NCBI GenBank assembly: GCA_977017575.1
Contig: CDRNVI010000046.1
Span: 124,001 to 188,000 of the forward strand
Direction: 5' to 3'
Length of the DNA: 64,000 nucleotides
DNA from: Paramoeba atlantica
Taxonomy: Eukaryota > Protista > Discosea
The notes beneath the pieces are model-generated. The model was given only the letters and a program-made list of their open reading frames with translations, ran no database searches and was not told the origin of the DNA. The position numbers and the translations under genes are program-made. This document shows, in pieces, positions 42,377-55,363 of this stretch. The first letter of the stretch is position 1. Every line of letters begins with the position of its first letter.

Positions 42377-45300
42377 AATAAGGAAAGGTCTTACAATAAG
42401 GAAAGGTCTTACAATAAGGAAAGGTCTTACAATAAGGAAAGGTCTTACAATAAGGAAAGGTCTTACAATAAGGAAAGGTCTTACAATAAGGAAAGGTCTT
42501 ACAATAAGGAAAGGTCTTACAATAAGGAAAGGTCTTACAATAAGGAAAGGTCTTACAATAAGGAAAGGTCTTACAATAAGGAAAGGTCTTACAATAAGGA
42601 AAGGTCTTACAATAAGGAAAGGTCTTACAATAAGGAAAGGTCTTACAATAAGGAAAGGTCTTACAATAAGGAAAGGTCTTACAATAAGGAAAGGTCTTAC
42701 AATAAGGAAAGGTCTTACAATAAGGAAAGGTCTTACAATAAGGAAAGGTCTTACAATAAGGAAAGGTCTTACAATAAGGAAAGGTCTTACAATAAGGAAA
42801 GGTCTTACAATAAGGAAAGGTCTTACAATAAGGAAAGGTCTTACAATAAGGAAAGGTCTTACAATAAGGAAAGGTCTTACAATAAGGAAAGGTCTTACAA
42901 TAAGGAAAGGTCTTACAATAAGGAAAGGTCTTACAATAAGGAAAGGTCTTACAATAAGGAAAGGTCTTACAATAAGGAAAGGTCTTACAATAAGGAAAGG
43001 TCTTACAATAAGGAAAGGTCTTACAATAAGGAAAGGTCTTACAATAAGGAAAGGTCTTACAATAAGGAAAGGTCTTACAATAAGGAAAGGTCTTACAATA
43101 AGGAAAGGTCTTACAATAAGGAAAGGTCTTACAATAAGGAAAGGTCTTACAATAAGGAAAGGTCTTACAATAAGGAAAGGTCTTACAATAAGGAAAGGTC
43201 TTACAATAAGGAAAGGTCTTACAATAAGGAAAGGTCTTACAATAAGGAAAGGTCTTACAATAAGGAAAGGTCTTACAATAAGGAAAGGTCTTACAATAAG
43301 GAAAGGTCTTACAATAAGGAAAGGTCTTACAATAAGGAAAGGTCTTACAATAAGGAAAGGTCTTACAATAAGGAAAGGTCTTACAATAAGGAAAGGTCTT
43401 ACAATAAGGAAAGGTCTTACAATAAGGAAAGGTCTTACAATAAGGAAAGGTCTTACAATAAGGAAAGGTCTTACAATAAGGAAAGGTCTTACAATAAGGA
43501 AAGGTCTTACAATAAGGAAAGGTCTTACAATAAGGAAAGGTCTTACAATAAGGAAAGGTCTTACAATAAGGAAAGGTCTTACAATAAGGAAAGGTCTTAC
43601 AATAAGGAAAGGTCTTACAATAAGGAAAGGTCTTACAATAAGGAAAGGTCTTACAATAAGGAAAGGTCTTACAATAAGGAAAGGTCTTACAATAAGGAAA
43701 GGTCTTACAATAAGGAAAGGTCTTACAATAAGGAAAGGTCTTACAATAAGGAAAGGTCTTACAATAAGGAAAGGTCTTACAATAAGGAAAGGTCTTACAA
43801 TAAGGAAAGGTCTTACAATAAGGAAAGGTCTTACAATAAGGAAAGGTCTTACAATAAGGAAAGGTCTTACAATAAGGAAAGGTCTTACAATAAGGAAAGG
43901 TCTTACAATAAGGAAAGGTCTTACAATAAGGAAAGGTCTTACAATAAGGAAAGGTCTTACAATAAGGAAAGGTCTTACAATAAGGAAAGGTCTTACAATA
44001 AGGAAAGGTCTTACAATAAGGAAAGGTCTTTACAATAAGGAAAGGTCTTACAATAAGGAAAGGTCTTACAATAAGGAAAGGTCTTACAATAAGGAAAGGT
44101 CTTACAATAAGGAAAGGTCTTACAATAAGGAAAGGTCTTACAATAAGGAAAGGTCTTACAATAAGGAAAGGTCTTACAATAAGGAAAGGTCTTACAATAA
44201 GGAAAGGTCTTACAATAAGGAAAGGTCTTACAATAAGGAAAGGTCTTACAATAAGGAAAGGTCTTACAATAAGGAAAGGTCTTACAATAAGGAAAGGTCT
44301 TACAATAAGGAAAGGTCTTACAATAAGGAAAGGTCTTACAATAAGGAAAGGTCTTACAATAAGGAAAGGTCTTACAATAAGGAAAGGTCTTACAATAAGG
44401 AAAGGTCTTACAATAAGGAAAGGTCTTACAATAAGGAAAGGTCTTACAATAAGGAAAGGTCTTACAATAAGGAAAGGTCTTACAATAAGGAAAGGTCTTA
44501 CAATAAGGAAAGGTCTTACAATAAGGAAAGGTCTTACAATAAGGAAAGGTCTTACAATAAGGAAAGGTCTTACAATAAGGAAAGGTCTTACAATAAGGAA
44601 AGGTCTTACAATAAGGAAAGGTCTTACAATAAGGAAAGGTCTTACAATAAGGAAAGGTCTTACAATAAGGAAAGGTCTTACAATAAGGAAAGGTCTTACA
44701 ATAAGGAAAGGTCTTACAATAAGGAAAGGTCTTACAATAAGGAAAGGTCTTACAATAAGGAAAGGTCTTACAATAAGGAAAGGTCTTACAATAAGGAAAG
44801 GTCTTACAATAAGGAAAGGTCTTACAATAAGGAAAGGTCTTACAATAAGGAAAGGTTTACAATAAGGAAAGGTCTTACAATAAGGAAAGGTCTTACAATA
44901 AGGAAAGGTCTTACAATAAGGAAAGGTCTTACAATAAGGAAAGGTCTTACAATAAGGAAAGGTCTTACAATAAGGAAAGGTCTTACAATAAGGAAAGGTC
45001 TTACAATAAGGAAAGGTCTTACAATAAGGAAAGGTCTTACAATAAGGAAAGGTCTTACAATAAGGAAAGGTCTTACAATAAGGAAAGGTCTTACAATAAG
45101 GAAAGGTCTTACAATAAGGAAAGGTCTTACAATAAGGAAAGGTCTTACAATAAGGAAAGGTCTTACAATAAGGAAAGGTCTTACAATAAGGAAAGGTCTT
45201 ACAATAAGGAAAGGTCTTACAATAAGGAAAGGTCTTACAATAAGGAAAGGTCTTACAATAAGGAAAGGTCTTACAATAAGGAAAGGTCTTACAATAAGGA

Positions 45301-46598
45301 AAGGTCTTACAATAAGGAAAGGTCTTACAATAAGGAAAGGTCTTACAATAAGGAAAGGTCTTACAATAAGGAAAGGTCTTACAATAAGGAAAGGTCTTAC
45401 AATAAGGAAAGGTCTTACAATAAGGAAAGGTCTTACAATAAGGAAAGGTCTTACAATAAGGAAAGGTCTTACAATAAGGAAAGGTCTTACAATAAGGAAA
45501 GGTCTTACAATAAGGAAAGGTCTTACAATAAGGAAAGGTCTTACAATAAGGAAAGGTCTTACAATAAGGAAAGGTCTTACAATAAGGAAAGGTCTTACAA
45601 TAAGGAAAGGTCTTACAATAAGGAAAGGTCTTACAATAAGGAAAGGTCTTACAATAAGGAAAGGTCTTACAATAAGGAAAGGTCTTACAATAAGGAAAGG
45701 TCTTACAATAAGGAAAGGTCTTACAATAAGGAAAGGTCTTACAATAAGGAAAGGTCTTACAATAAGGAAAGGTCTTACAATAAGGAAAGGTCTTACAATA
45801 AGGAAAGGTCTTACAATAAGGAAAGGTCTTACAATAAGGAAAGGTCTTACAATAAGGAAAGGTCTTACAATAAGGAAAGGTCTTACAATAAGGAAAGGTC
45901 TTACAATAAGGAAAGGTCTTACAATAAGGAAAGGTCTTACAATAAGGAAAGGTCTTACAATAAGGAAAGGTCTTACAATAAGGAAAGGTCTTACAATAAG
46001 GAAAGGTCTTACAATAAGGAAAGGTCTTACAATAAGGAAAGGTCTTACAATAAGGAAAGGTCTTACAATAAGGAAAGGTCTTACAATAAGGAAAGGTCTT
46101 ACAATAAGGAAAGGTCTTACAATAAGGAAAGGTCTTACAATAAGGAAAGGTCTTACAATAAGGAAAGGTCTTACAATAAGGAAAGGTCTTACAATAAGGA
46201 AAGGTCTTACAATAAGGAAAGGTCTTACAATAAGGAAAGGTCTTACAATAAGGAAAGGTCTTACAATAAGGAAAGGTCTTACAATAAGGAAAGGTCTTAC
46301 AATAAGGAAAGGTCTTACAATAAGGAAAGGTCTTACAATAAGGAAAGGTCTTACAATAAGGAAAGGTCTTACAATAAGGAAAGGTCTTACAATAAGGAAA
46401 GGTCTTACAATAAGGAAAGGTCTTACAATAAGGAAAGGTCTTACAATAAGGAAAGGTCTTACAATAAGGAAAGGTCTTACAATAAGGAAAGGTCTTACAA
46501 TAAGGAAAGGTCTTACAATAAGGAAAGGTCTTACAATAAGGAAAGGTCTTACAATAAGGAAAGGTCTTACAATAAGGAAAGGTCTTACAATAAGGAAA
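42377..46598. repeat. 18-bp tandem array continued, about 234 copies
   Basis: Same unit and orientation; 1-nt indels at about 44031 and 44857. Confidence 0.98.
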
Positions 46599-46608
46599 GT
46601 TGAGTTCA

Positions 46609-47150
46609 AGCTGAAAGGAGGTTTGGGCGCTCGAGGCCAGAAATCACAACCTGCGGATAAGAAACCAACACGCTTCGCGCAGACAAGTCCTCATGGCACG
46701 TTTCCCGTAGCTTTCCGTGAGCGCGAAGATTACTCATCCGGAAGTTGACGAAACCCAGCCGAGCTGAAAGGAGGTTTGGGCGCTCGAGGCCAGAAATCAC
46801 AACCTGCGGATAAGACACCAACACGCTTCGCGCAGACAAGTCCTCATGGCACGTTTCCCGTAGCTTTCCGTGAGCGCGAAGATTACTCATCCGGAAGTTG
46901 ACGAAACCCAGCCGAGCTGAAAGGAGGTTTGGGCGCTCGAGGCCAGAAATCACAACCTGCGGATAAGAAACCAACACGCTTCGCGCAGACAAGTCCTCAT
47001 GGCACGTTTCCCGTAGCTTTCCGTGAGCGCGAAGATTACTCATCCGGAAGTTGACGAAACCAAGCCGAGCTGAAAGGAGGTTTGGGCGCTCGAGGCCAGA
47101 AATCACAACCTGCGGATAAGACACCAACACGCTTCGCGCAGACAAGTCCT
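46609..47150. repeat. 153-bp satellite continued, about 3.5 copies
   Basis: Resumes in the register where it broke at 28037. Confidence 0.95.
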
Positions 47151-47480
47151 TTTGAAGCAAAAGCACTTTTTCCAAGCGTCTCGCAAAGCCATTGAAGAGC
47201 AATCCAAAACCAATAACGCTCCGGTGGTAATAGCGGGATCCAAGCGAAACAGGGCTCTGAACGAACGTGACAGCCAGAAGAATGATACTTCCAAGCGATT
47301 AGTCATGAAAGCAATACGATCTGAATAAAAACGATTTGCAACCGAGCTGAGAAAGGACATGCGCCTCAAAGAACTAATGGAGCGAGGATCCGCATCATTT
47401 CACCACCTGTAATCAACCAGCAACTACATCAATCCGTACCTCTTCCGTTTCTGTATAATGATGCGCCTGGGAATAGTGCC
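47150..47480 (+). pseudogene. CRE-B post-RT fragment
   Basis: FFQASRKAIEEQ...NYINPYLFRFCIMMRLGI resembles the CRE-B ORFs at 55364 and 62161. Confidence 0.7.
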
Positions 47481-47959
47481 AGAAATCAACGTCTTCTCTC
47501 CCCTGCATCATAATGAAAGTAAACCATGTTAAAACCAATTTTCCTAGTAATATATCGCTTCAATGAAAGTTTCAGTCCAATCATCCCGACTATTTTTAGT
47601 TTCCAATAAACTATATCTATCTGACGAATTATCAAGGTACCTGGCCAATATAATAAAAACAATCACAGAAACCCAGTCAACAACTCCTCAAACTTACGAA
47701 CGGGCATCCCGTCCACCAACTCCGCGAACCAACCCGTTCGCCCGTAATCCAAACTCCCGCGCGCACGTGTTTGTAGCAAATGGTGGCGGCCAATTACTAA
47801 AAACTCGTAATGTTTTTCAAGAATTCCTACCGCGTAATAAAATTGAATAGTATATATTTTCTATATAGCTAATTTTTTTTTTGATTCTATATAATGAGTT
47901 TTACTAATTAATGGTACATTCATACCTATGCGAGTTTCCATACATGTATGTATACATGC

Positions 47960-49300
47960 TTATCCGGTGCGGCTGATAGGGTCCGCTGGGTTTTCGGCAG
48001 ATCTCACATAACGTGCCATGAGACATACGCCAAGGTTCTGATTTGTCTTCAACACACGCTTGAGCTCTCCGGCAATACTGTCGGATTTCGCGATCTTGCG
48101 GTTGAATGCTGCTTGACAAGAGGTGTTGTCAATAAACAAATCAACACAGGTTCCTTTTTGAAAGTGGTGTGTCAGTTTTTCAAACGCAAGTCGAACGGCC
48201 ATCGCCTCAGCGTGATTCACTTCGTATTTGAACTCAGGTTGCCATTTATCGCCAACAATAATCACTTGTCCGTCGTCCCGGTAAAGAACCGCGCCCCATC
48301 CTTTAGCTGACGCATCCGTGTACAGTCGGTGTTTATGCGGGACAACGTCAGGATGCGGAGGTGGTGATATAGGCTCATTGACCAAAATGATATCACGCCT
48401 ATTCGCGAGAATCGATCGGGTGGCTGTCGGAAGAGGAACCGGTTGATGTGCGAGTTCGGGGCATCGGTTTAACTCATTGATACGTCGTCTAACAATCTTT
48501 AAGGGGAAATGATAGTCTGGAATAATATGACCCAAGACCGCTGCTGCATAGAGGAGGCGCCCCACCGCCGTCTCCAATTGAGAGTACGTAATATTACGAA
48601 ACCGATCTCGTGACATTTTCCGTATAACCCTAGGCCCCAGGTTGACCTTATGGGTTACGTGGTTGTAGAAGACGCCGTTAAAAACATATTCAGTGGAGGG
48701 GTCAAAACCAGCCTCCTTGAACAAACCTCCCACTTCCTTACACCGTGAATCCACGAATTTCACAAATTTATCAGCTTGTTCTTGAGATCCTGCGAAACGA
48801 ATCCCGTCTATATAGACGTCCACAGATCCAATGCATGAAACTAGTTCGGGTTTGCATACCGCCAGATCGCCTGCTAGTGTAGCTGTAATCTTGTGCATAT
48901 TTTCAGGGGCGCATCGGTGCCCCATTGGCATAACCTTTATCTGGTGTAAGACGCCATTTAGATCTCGAAAGCGAAATTTGGCACGAGCCTGGCGCGGAAT
49001 TGGAACTTGATAAAATCCACATCGGAGATCGCGCTTCACCCCCACTTCTTCGGCAGCCTTATGGAGATAACGAGAAGGATGCAACAAAGGCACGTCTGGC
49101 TTGTAGTCTTTTAATCGCAAGTTATCATCCTTGGTCCATGATATGAAACGGCGCCTATCGTTGCCTTCCTCGTCGGATTCGACTACCGTGAATGGAATTA
49201 CGTATTGCAGCGTTGGGTACCGGCGTATGTCGTCCTCCTCCACTCTTTCTATCACTCCGGCTTCAAGTAAACCCGTGATGTCGGCATTTACAAGATTTCC
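47960..49300 (-). pseudogene. 5'-truncated YR-element RT/RNase H (family Y9)
   Basis: KRDLRCGFYQV, MPMGHRCAPE, DVYIDG, LYTDASAKGWG, FIDN, NPADPISR. Confidence 0.9.
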
Positions 49301-49357
49301 TTTTGTTCTGTACCTTGTTGTTGTTGTTTTTTTTCGTTAAACTTTACAAAAACTTTA

Positions 49358-51400
49358 TGGTTGTGCTAACGCGCTCCAAGAGATTATGGACAAAAGCAGC
49401 GACATTCACGACAACTCCACAAATTCAGACGAAATGAACATCGAACCGCGAGAATGCATCACACGACAAGAATCACGACAAAGCAAACCACGGAAAATCA
49501 AAGTTATCATCGGAGACTCACGACCTTCGGATCAAACAAGCTCAGATATGCCATCGAAGTCTCCCCAAATAACCGAAAATGCGCCGCAAAATGAAGACGA
49601 CATGTCAGCGGACACCGATGGCCTAAGTACCTCATCTGAAACAATGTCATCCGACGATCTGTGTATGAGTGAGCTGGCACGCACACGAAGTTTGAAAGCG
49701 CCAGACCAAGTTCAAGACATTGTATCAGAATGGGGCCGCGGTAATCAATGCGAGATCCTTTGGAACTTCCGCTACGGAGAAGAAATTTTTTATTCTGTCG
49801 GCGAAGTAGTGTCCCGCGTCTCAAGGAAAGGTCAGGTTCGTATAAAGATTGCGTACTCCCCTGCTGAAGGACAAACCGGACCCCAAGGAAACCTCTTTCT
49901 TCCACAGTCTGACAAAGTGCGAGTCTTTCAAATCTGTGCTACGAAGATAAATCGAATACCAAGCAAAGGAGTAAACACGCTAAATTTTCCGGAGAGCATG
50001 TCAGAGACGACGAAGGAATCCGACACGCACAGAGACATGGAACCACTTCCACCGCTAGCTCAAATAGAACCGTCCTTTGCTGTACATGTGGTTTCAATTT
50101 TCAGAGAGACAATTCGCGAATATCCTCGTTTACAACTTCTGTCCGAAAAAGAAACCCTATGGCACAGGTTCCTAAATGCTCCGAGAGATGCTTTGACCAC
50201 TGTGAGGAAAATGCTAATGCGAACACGAGCCACGACTCACTAGCCGAAAAGTAAAAGTAAATATGAATACAACGTCGACAAGCTCAGCCAAGAAGAACAA
50301 GAAGAGTTAGAAACTGACCGCCGAGCGATCCGCAATGCTTTACGAACGGCAAAAGCAGGAAACCTAGGCAAAGCAACGCGTATTCTCGATAACGTCTACA
50401 AACAATCACCCCTGACTGTCGAAGAAAAAGTTTCTCTTCTAAAAAGTCTCCATCCTTCCGGGAAAACGCCTCAAATGCCGATGAGTGTTGACTTTCCGCG
50501 CATTGGAATTGTTGAACGAGACGAACTCCTCTTAGCGGCCAGCAAATTGGCAAAGGGTGCTTCCCCCGGACCTACAGGTTTCAGCGAATCGATGTTGCGA
50601 CTTCTCGCCGACGATGAAGAATGCAGCATTTGCTTATGCCACATGTTCCGCGACGTGATCAATGGCGACATTCCAAACTCAGTGCGTGATCGACTCACAA
50701 GATGCAGATTAGTAGCTTTGCCCAAACAAATAAATAAACTGCGCCCGATTGCTATAGGAGAGACCATCCTTAAAGTGTGTGGCATCATTCTTTTGCAACG
50801 ACATGAAGACGCGCTTAAAAAGCACTTTCAAACCTTCCAACGAGGCATACTACAAAAGAATGCGTGTGAGCAAATTGTGCATGAACTGATAGAAGAATAC
50901 GAGGCAGTTTAGAGTGGTTTCAGAAAGGAGCAAAAAACTGTCCATTGGCATTGCAGAAAGCTGGTCTATCGTCACCGGAGAAATCTGTCAAGATCCTAGG
51001 CGCCTACATAGGGGAGAATGAGGACGTTAGTGAAAAGCTCGTACGACAGTCAGTAAAGCATGTATGCCTTTTTCGACGTTTGCAAATCATGGGCCCAAGC
51101 AATCTTTCGTTAGCAATGTTGCAACGATGCACGATTCCACGACAGGATTACTTTTTGCGCGTCCACAAACCAGCAGCTACACTGAAAATTGCGGAATGCT
51201 TCGATGCTGAAATATCAAGAATTATCTCACACTGGTTTCTCGCCACAGGTGACTCACTCCGCCTCGCAACTCTACCGCAAAAAATGGGAGGCCTTGGTCT
51301 CACTCAGTCCACCTTAAAGCAACGGTACTTTTTTGAAGCAGCCAGACGATCTATTGATGAGCCAGACGATCTATTGATGTTTTTCATGAATGCCACTCCC
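49358..51400 (+). pseudogene. Degenerate CRE-B copy (stop at 50243, deletions)
   Basis: MVVLTRS start, WGRGNQCEILW domain, RILDNVY, GASPGPTG, RPIAIGE, MGPSNLSL. Confidence 0.85.
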
Positions 51401-51739
51401 CACACCCGATCGATCCCGACTCCGAAAATCTATCCAGCGAAACCGGAGTAAGTAGGAAGCCCGATTCTGAAGTCCCGAGCGCGATGGACCCACGACATAA
51501 CTTCCCAATGACGTCGGAAGGAATTTCCAACCGGTATGAACGACGACGTCGAGCCTCGAAAACCCCATCCTCGAAACACGATCAAGATTAAAACAACAAC
51601 TTTTCGAATGGAGACATCCTCAGCGAAGTCAAAAGAGGTACCGTTGGAAATGGAGTTCGATCAAGATTTAACAAGTGATACGGAAGTCGAATCCAAGGCC
51701 ACCGACGAGGAGATGCGCGATCGAAATCCACGCCGCGGG

Positions 51740-54698
51740 GCATAATAAATAACATGTATCGAATAGTAAACAAAGAAACAACTAAAATGTATCTGATTGC
51801 TCACAAGCCCTATTTCCCAATCTCAAAACATAACATCAACATTAAACTGTAAATAATATGTTCTCACGACAATTTTAGGCCTGCAAACATATATGTCACT
51901 GTCACTCTGTTAACGGGGTTCCCCCCACCGGAACCCTCGACCAAATGGCTGGGGGCTCGGTGGGCGGGCACAAAAACTTTTGAAACGTAAGTAGAAAAAA
52001 TAGCCTACCAAGAATATAAAGAATGAATAATGAAATTACAACACTATTTGAAACAAATCATAATTTGAAGAAATTATGTGCCCCGAAGGGCCAAGCAGGC
52101 ATAAACAACTCCCTGCCCCGCGGCTAAATTTCCAAACGTGGCGGTTGCGGCGGCGGCGGTTGCGGCGGGAACGGAGATCCGGGGTAGAGGGCGAGCCGGG
52201 AGGGAGAGACTGCGACGACGGAGACGTATCGGGGAGAAACGACGCGGAGGAGGAGTATTGCCACGCATGCGTGGCCGTCTTTCTCGTCGGCGGAGGAGCG
52301 GGGAGGGAATGGGGGTAGTAAATTCCACCCGTCGTCGCCTGGGACGACGGGCACGAGCAATAATTGGGGTGGGGAGCATTTCCTAGTGGAAAGCCCGCGA
52401 TGCGCCGTAACGGTTGGCGCCGCCCACCACCCCGCCGCGAAAATCCTGTGGCGGGGCGCGTGTGGTACGGAACTGTCCCCCCTGTTGTTGAGATGTTTGC
52501 GGGCAATTCGATCGGAGGTGGCCTGGCTGATGACAGCCCAAACAAAACGGTCCCTGGCTGCGTCGTCGAGGAGCACGCTGCGCAGTCCGGCCCCTCAGTT
52601 GCTCGTCGACCACAAGCTGACCGTAGCGGTCCTGAGGGTCGTCGTCACGGTGCAACCGCTGTTGCACACGTTCGACTGCAACACCCGCCGCAGCCCAATA
52701 ATGGTTGCGAAGCTCTTCGATGATGAGAAGGGCTACGGCGAGGTTGTGCTTCTCTAGCCAACCCTCAGTGTTGCGCGCAGCGTAAACCCATTCAGTTTTT
52801 CGAGAAATGGCGTCCTTCATAAGTTGGGTTCCGGTTCGACTTTTTTTTTTTTTTTTTTTTTTTTTATAAAATTAGGAATAGTATTTCCGTACCGATGCAA
52901 TACGCATCGTTCCATTCACATGGTAAGATCAACAATTTTCAATAATCGAAAACCAAATTATTACTGATTTGTCGCAATGGCATACCTAGAAATGGCATAC
53001 CTAGTATGGTTAAATTGTGCATTCGCTTTCTTGCTTGTCTCGTCCAAGATATTTCTTTAACTGTGTGTATGCGACAGCGCCGTTAAGTTCTTGCAAGAGA
53101 AGTTGAAACTCCTCTTTTATTTGTTGTCGGGGACGTCCGCTGGCATCCGCCAGTGCCGTAAGCAGAGCTTGTGTGTCCGTGTGCATAGAGCCTCCTGATA
53201 ATATGGGAATGCATTTAAAGGATTCTTCAGCTATTTTGCCGGTTTTAACGTAGGTATCATGTTTTCGTTTACAAGCCTCTCGAAATAGATTGGCGCATTT
53301 AACTGCGAGATTGGAGGGTGCTAGTTCATGGACGATTGTCAAGTCATAGTAGATTTCTCCACTTGCCCAATGAACAACTAAGTCGGGTCCTGATCGGCGA
53401 AACGATTTGCCGCCGCATGTTTTTTCGTGTGTCCTCTTGTGACTCGGGTCGACGACCTCATCGCATTGTGTGCACCGGAGGGTAGAGAAGGTGCGCGGCT
53501 CTTTCTCTTCAGTTAACATCTTTCTCTTCAGTTAACATCTTGAACAGGCGCTCGCGCTGCGGCGGAGGGTTGAAGCGTACCCCAAGCTGCGGAGCTTCGC
53601 GCAGCTCACGGATGAGTTCACGTGGCTTGAACAAATCATCCGTGTCGATCCACGGTTGCCAAGTAACCGGATCGTAGGGGGAGAAGCTTTTCGGGTCCGT
53701 AACACGGACGCGTTCAAACGCCGGAATCAAATCTTCAACTGGTTTCCCACCCGGCATCTGCGCCCGAACATGGGCAAGGTCCAAGGAGTGGTAGTTGATC
53801 TCGGGATGGGGAAAACGGTAGGCTGTATTCACGTCCCCATCCCATTCTGTGAACAACTCAGTTGATTCAGGGTCCTTGGGATGCGTCATATGCACCCGCC
53901 CTATAGCCGTCTGCCGTAGGCCATCTCGGGGAAGAGACCATACAGCTTCGACGGTGACCTCATACCGTTTGCGCAGAAGGCCAATCACTTTCATGACAAA
54001 CTCTTCTTTGCCCTGGCTGGTCATGATTCCTCGGGCATCAAGGCGTGAACGCTGGGGCACCTCGGCGTGGTCAATGTCGAGGGCATCGTATCGACGAGGC
54101 GAGCGAGAAGCCTCAACCTGGTCAGGGTTGAGGGTCCCCTTGCGACGAATTGGGGCCTCCGGAGCGTCGAGCGGAATAGGGTAGGGACTGGTAAACGAGC
54201 TCGTGGGGAGACTCGGGAGATTACTTGGGAGCGGGCTTGGTGGTTCACGGGCCGGGCTCAAAGCTCTGCCAGATGGACGTATCTTCCGTCGCGCTGGGCC
54301 TGGGGTAGGGGGAACATGAGTGGGTTTCGCGGGTACCTGCGGAGCTGGCTGCGTCGGGAGAGAGGGAAGAGGGGGCCGTACGGGAGGACACGAGAGGGAC
54401 TGGCGCTTGGAACGCGAAAATGACGAAGTTTCGATCGGTGTCGGGGCGCGGTCTCTTTTTGGAGAGCGATCACGATCCTGGCTTGGCTCGTGTGGAGCCC
54501 GCAAACGTTGGGATCTCATCACAAAAACTTTTGAAACGTAAGTAGAAAAAATAGCCTACCAAGAATATAAAGAATGAATAATGAAATTACAACACTATTT
54601 GAAACAAATCATAATTTGAAGAAATTATGTGCCCCGAAGGGCCAAGCAGGCATAAACAACTCCCTGCCCCGCGGCTAAATTTCCAAACGTGGACTATT
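51740..54698 (-). mobile_element. Deleted YR retrotransposon (family Y7); gag split by a CRE-A insertion
   Basis: A repeats 51969-52141 and 54520-54692; G-rich linker at about 51945; gag 54519-53508 plus 52797-52383 (KMLTE|WVYAAR; CLGCHQPGHLRSNC). Left boundary approximate. Confidence 0.85.
52798..53507 (-). mobile_element. 5'-truncated CRE-A (RLE part) in the Y7 gag
   Basis: EPRTF...GPDLVVHW...YYDLTIVH; poly(A) 52841-52864; TSD ttcagtt at 52791 and 53508. Confidence 0.85.
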
Positions 54699-55363
54699 AA
54701 AATGTCTATGGACGGCGGGGACGAAAAAGAACACCAAAAAAGCCTCCATTGAGCATACGGCGCAAATTGAAGAAGTTATTGAAACAGAGTGTGCCAATCT
54801 TGCTGATGACCTGCGCAAGAGATCTGGAGCAGCATTTCGAAAAATTCGGAAAATAATCGGAGACAATAGAGCTAAGATAGGATTCTAAAAAAGGTCTTAC
54901 AAAAACTTCGAGCGGCACTTGCCCCGCGAGCATGTGGTTCGTAAAGTCGGATTTCACAATTCTCTCTTTAATAAACCTCCATTAATAAACCTTCTGTGCT
55001 CGAGACTAAGCGCTTGCTCAACATGAATCGGACAATATTGATATTTCCTCTTAGGAATACCCCATCTTCAATCTTCGAAAGAGACACTTGTGATTGTATT
55101 TCAAGAAGGCATTAGTAAGTAAACTTATAATCATTGCACGTTTCGGACCGGGTCTTTCGAGAAAAAAACCTGATCCTACCTACCTCACGTTGGGGAACCT
55201 CACTCGAAAGAGCAATGCGTGAGAGTAAGCACTGTCGGCACGATCAACTACCGTAACGACCACATTTCGGAGGCACAGGTCGTACAAAAAAAAAATGCAC
55301 AGGTCGTAAAGTAAAAGGCATAAGATGGGAGTGCTGTCGGAGAGTCGAGAAAACCGACTACAT

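Larger units (their letters stand above)
28303..46598 (-). mobile_element. APE-type LINE including the 18-bp array and nested YR element
   Basis: 11-bp TSD gttgagttcaa at 28292-28302 and 46599-46609; (TTA)n 3' tail at 28303-28322. Confidence 0.85.

Noticed and set aside
33060-46598. 18-mer as a telomeric repeat
   Set aside because: It is interstitial, enclosed by an 11-bp TSD and not G-tract-like; this could change only if reads show the unit at chromosome ends.
44840-46609. (LIVRPF)n 589-aa ORF and (CKTFPY)n ORF 37110-37379
   Set aside because: Translations of the 18-bp repeat, bounded by 1-nt indels.
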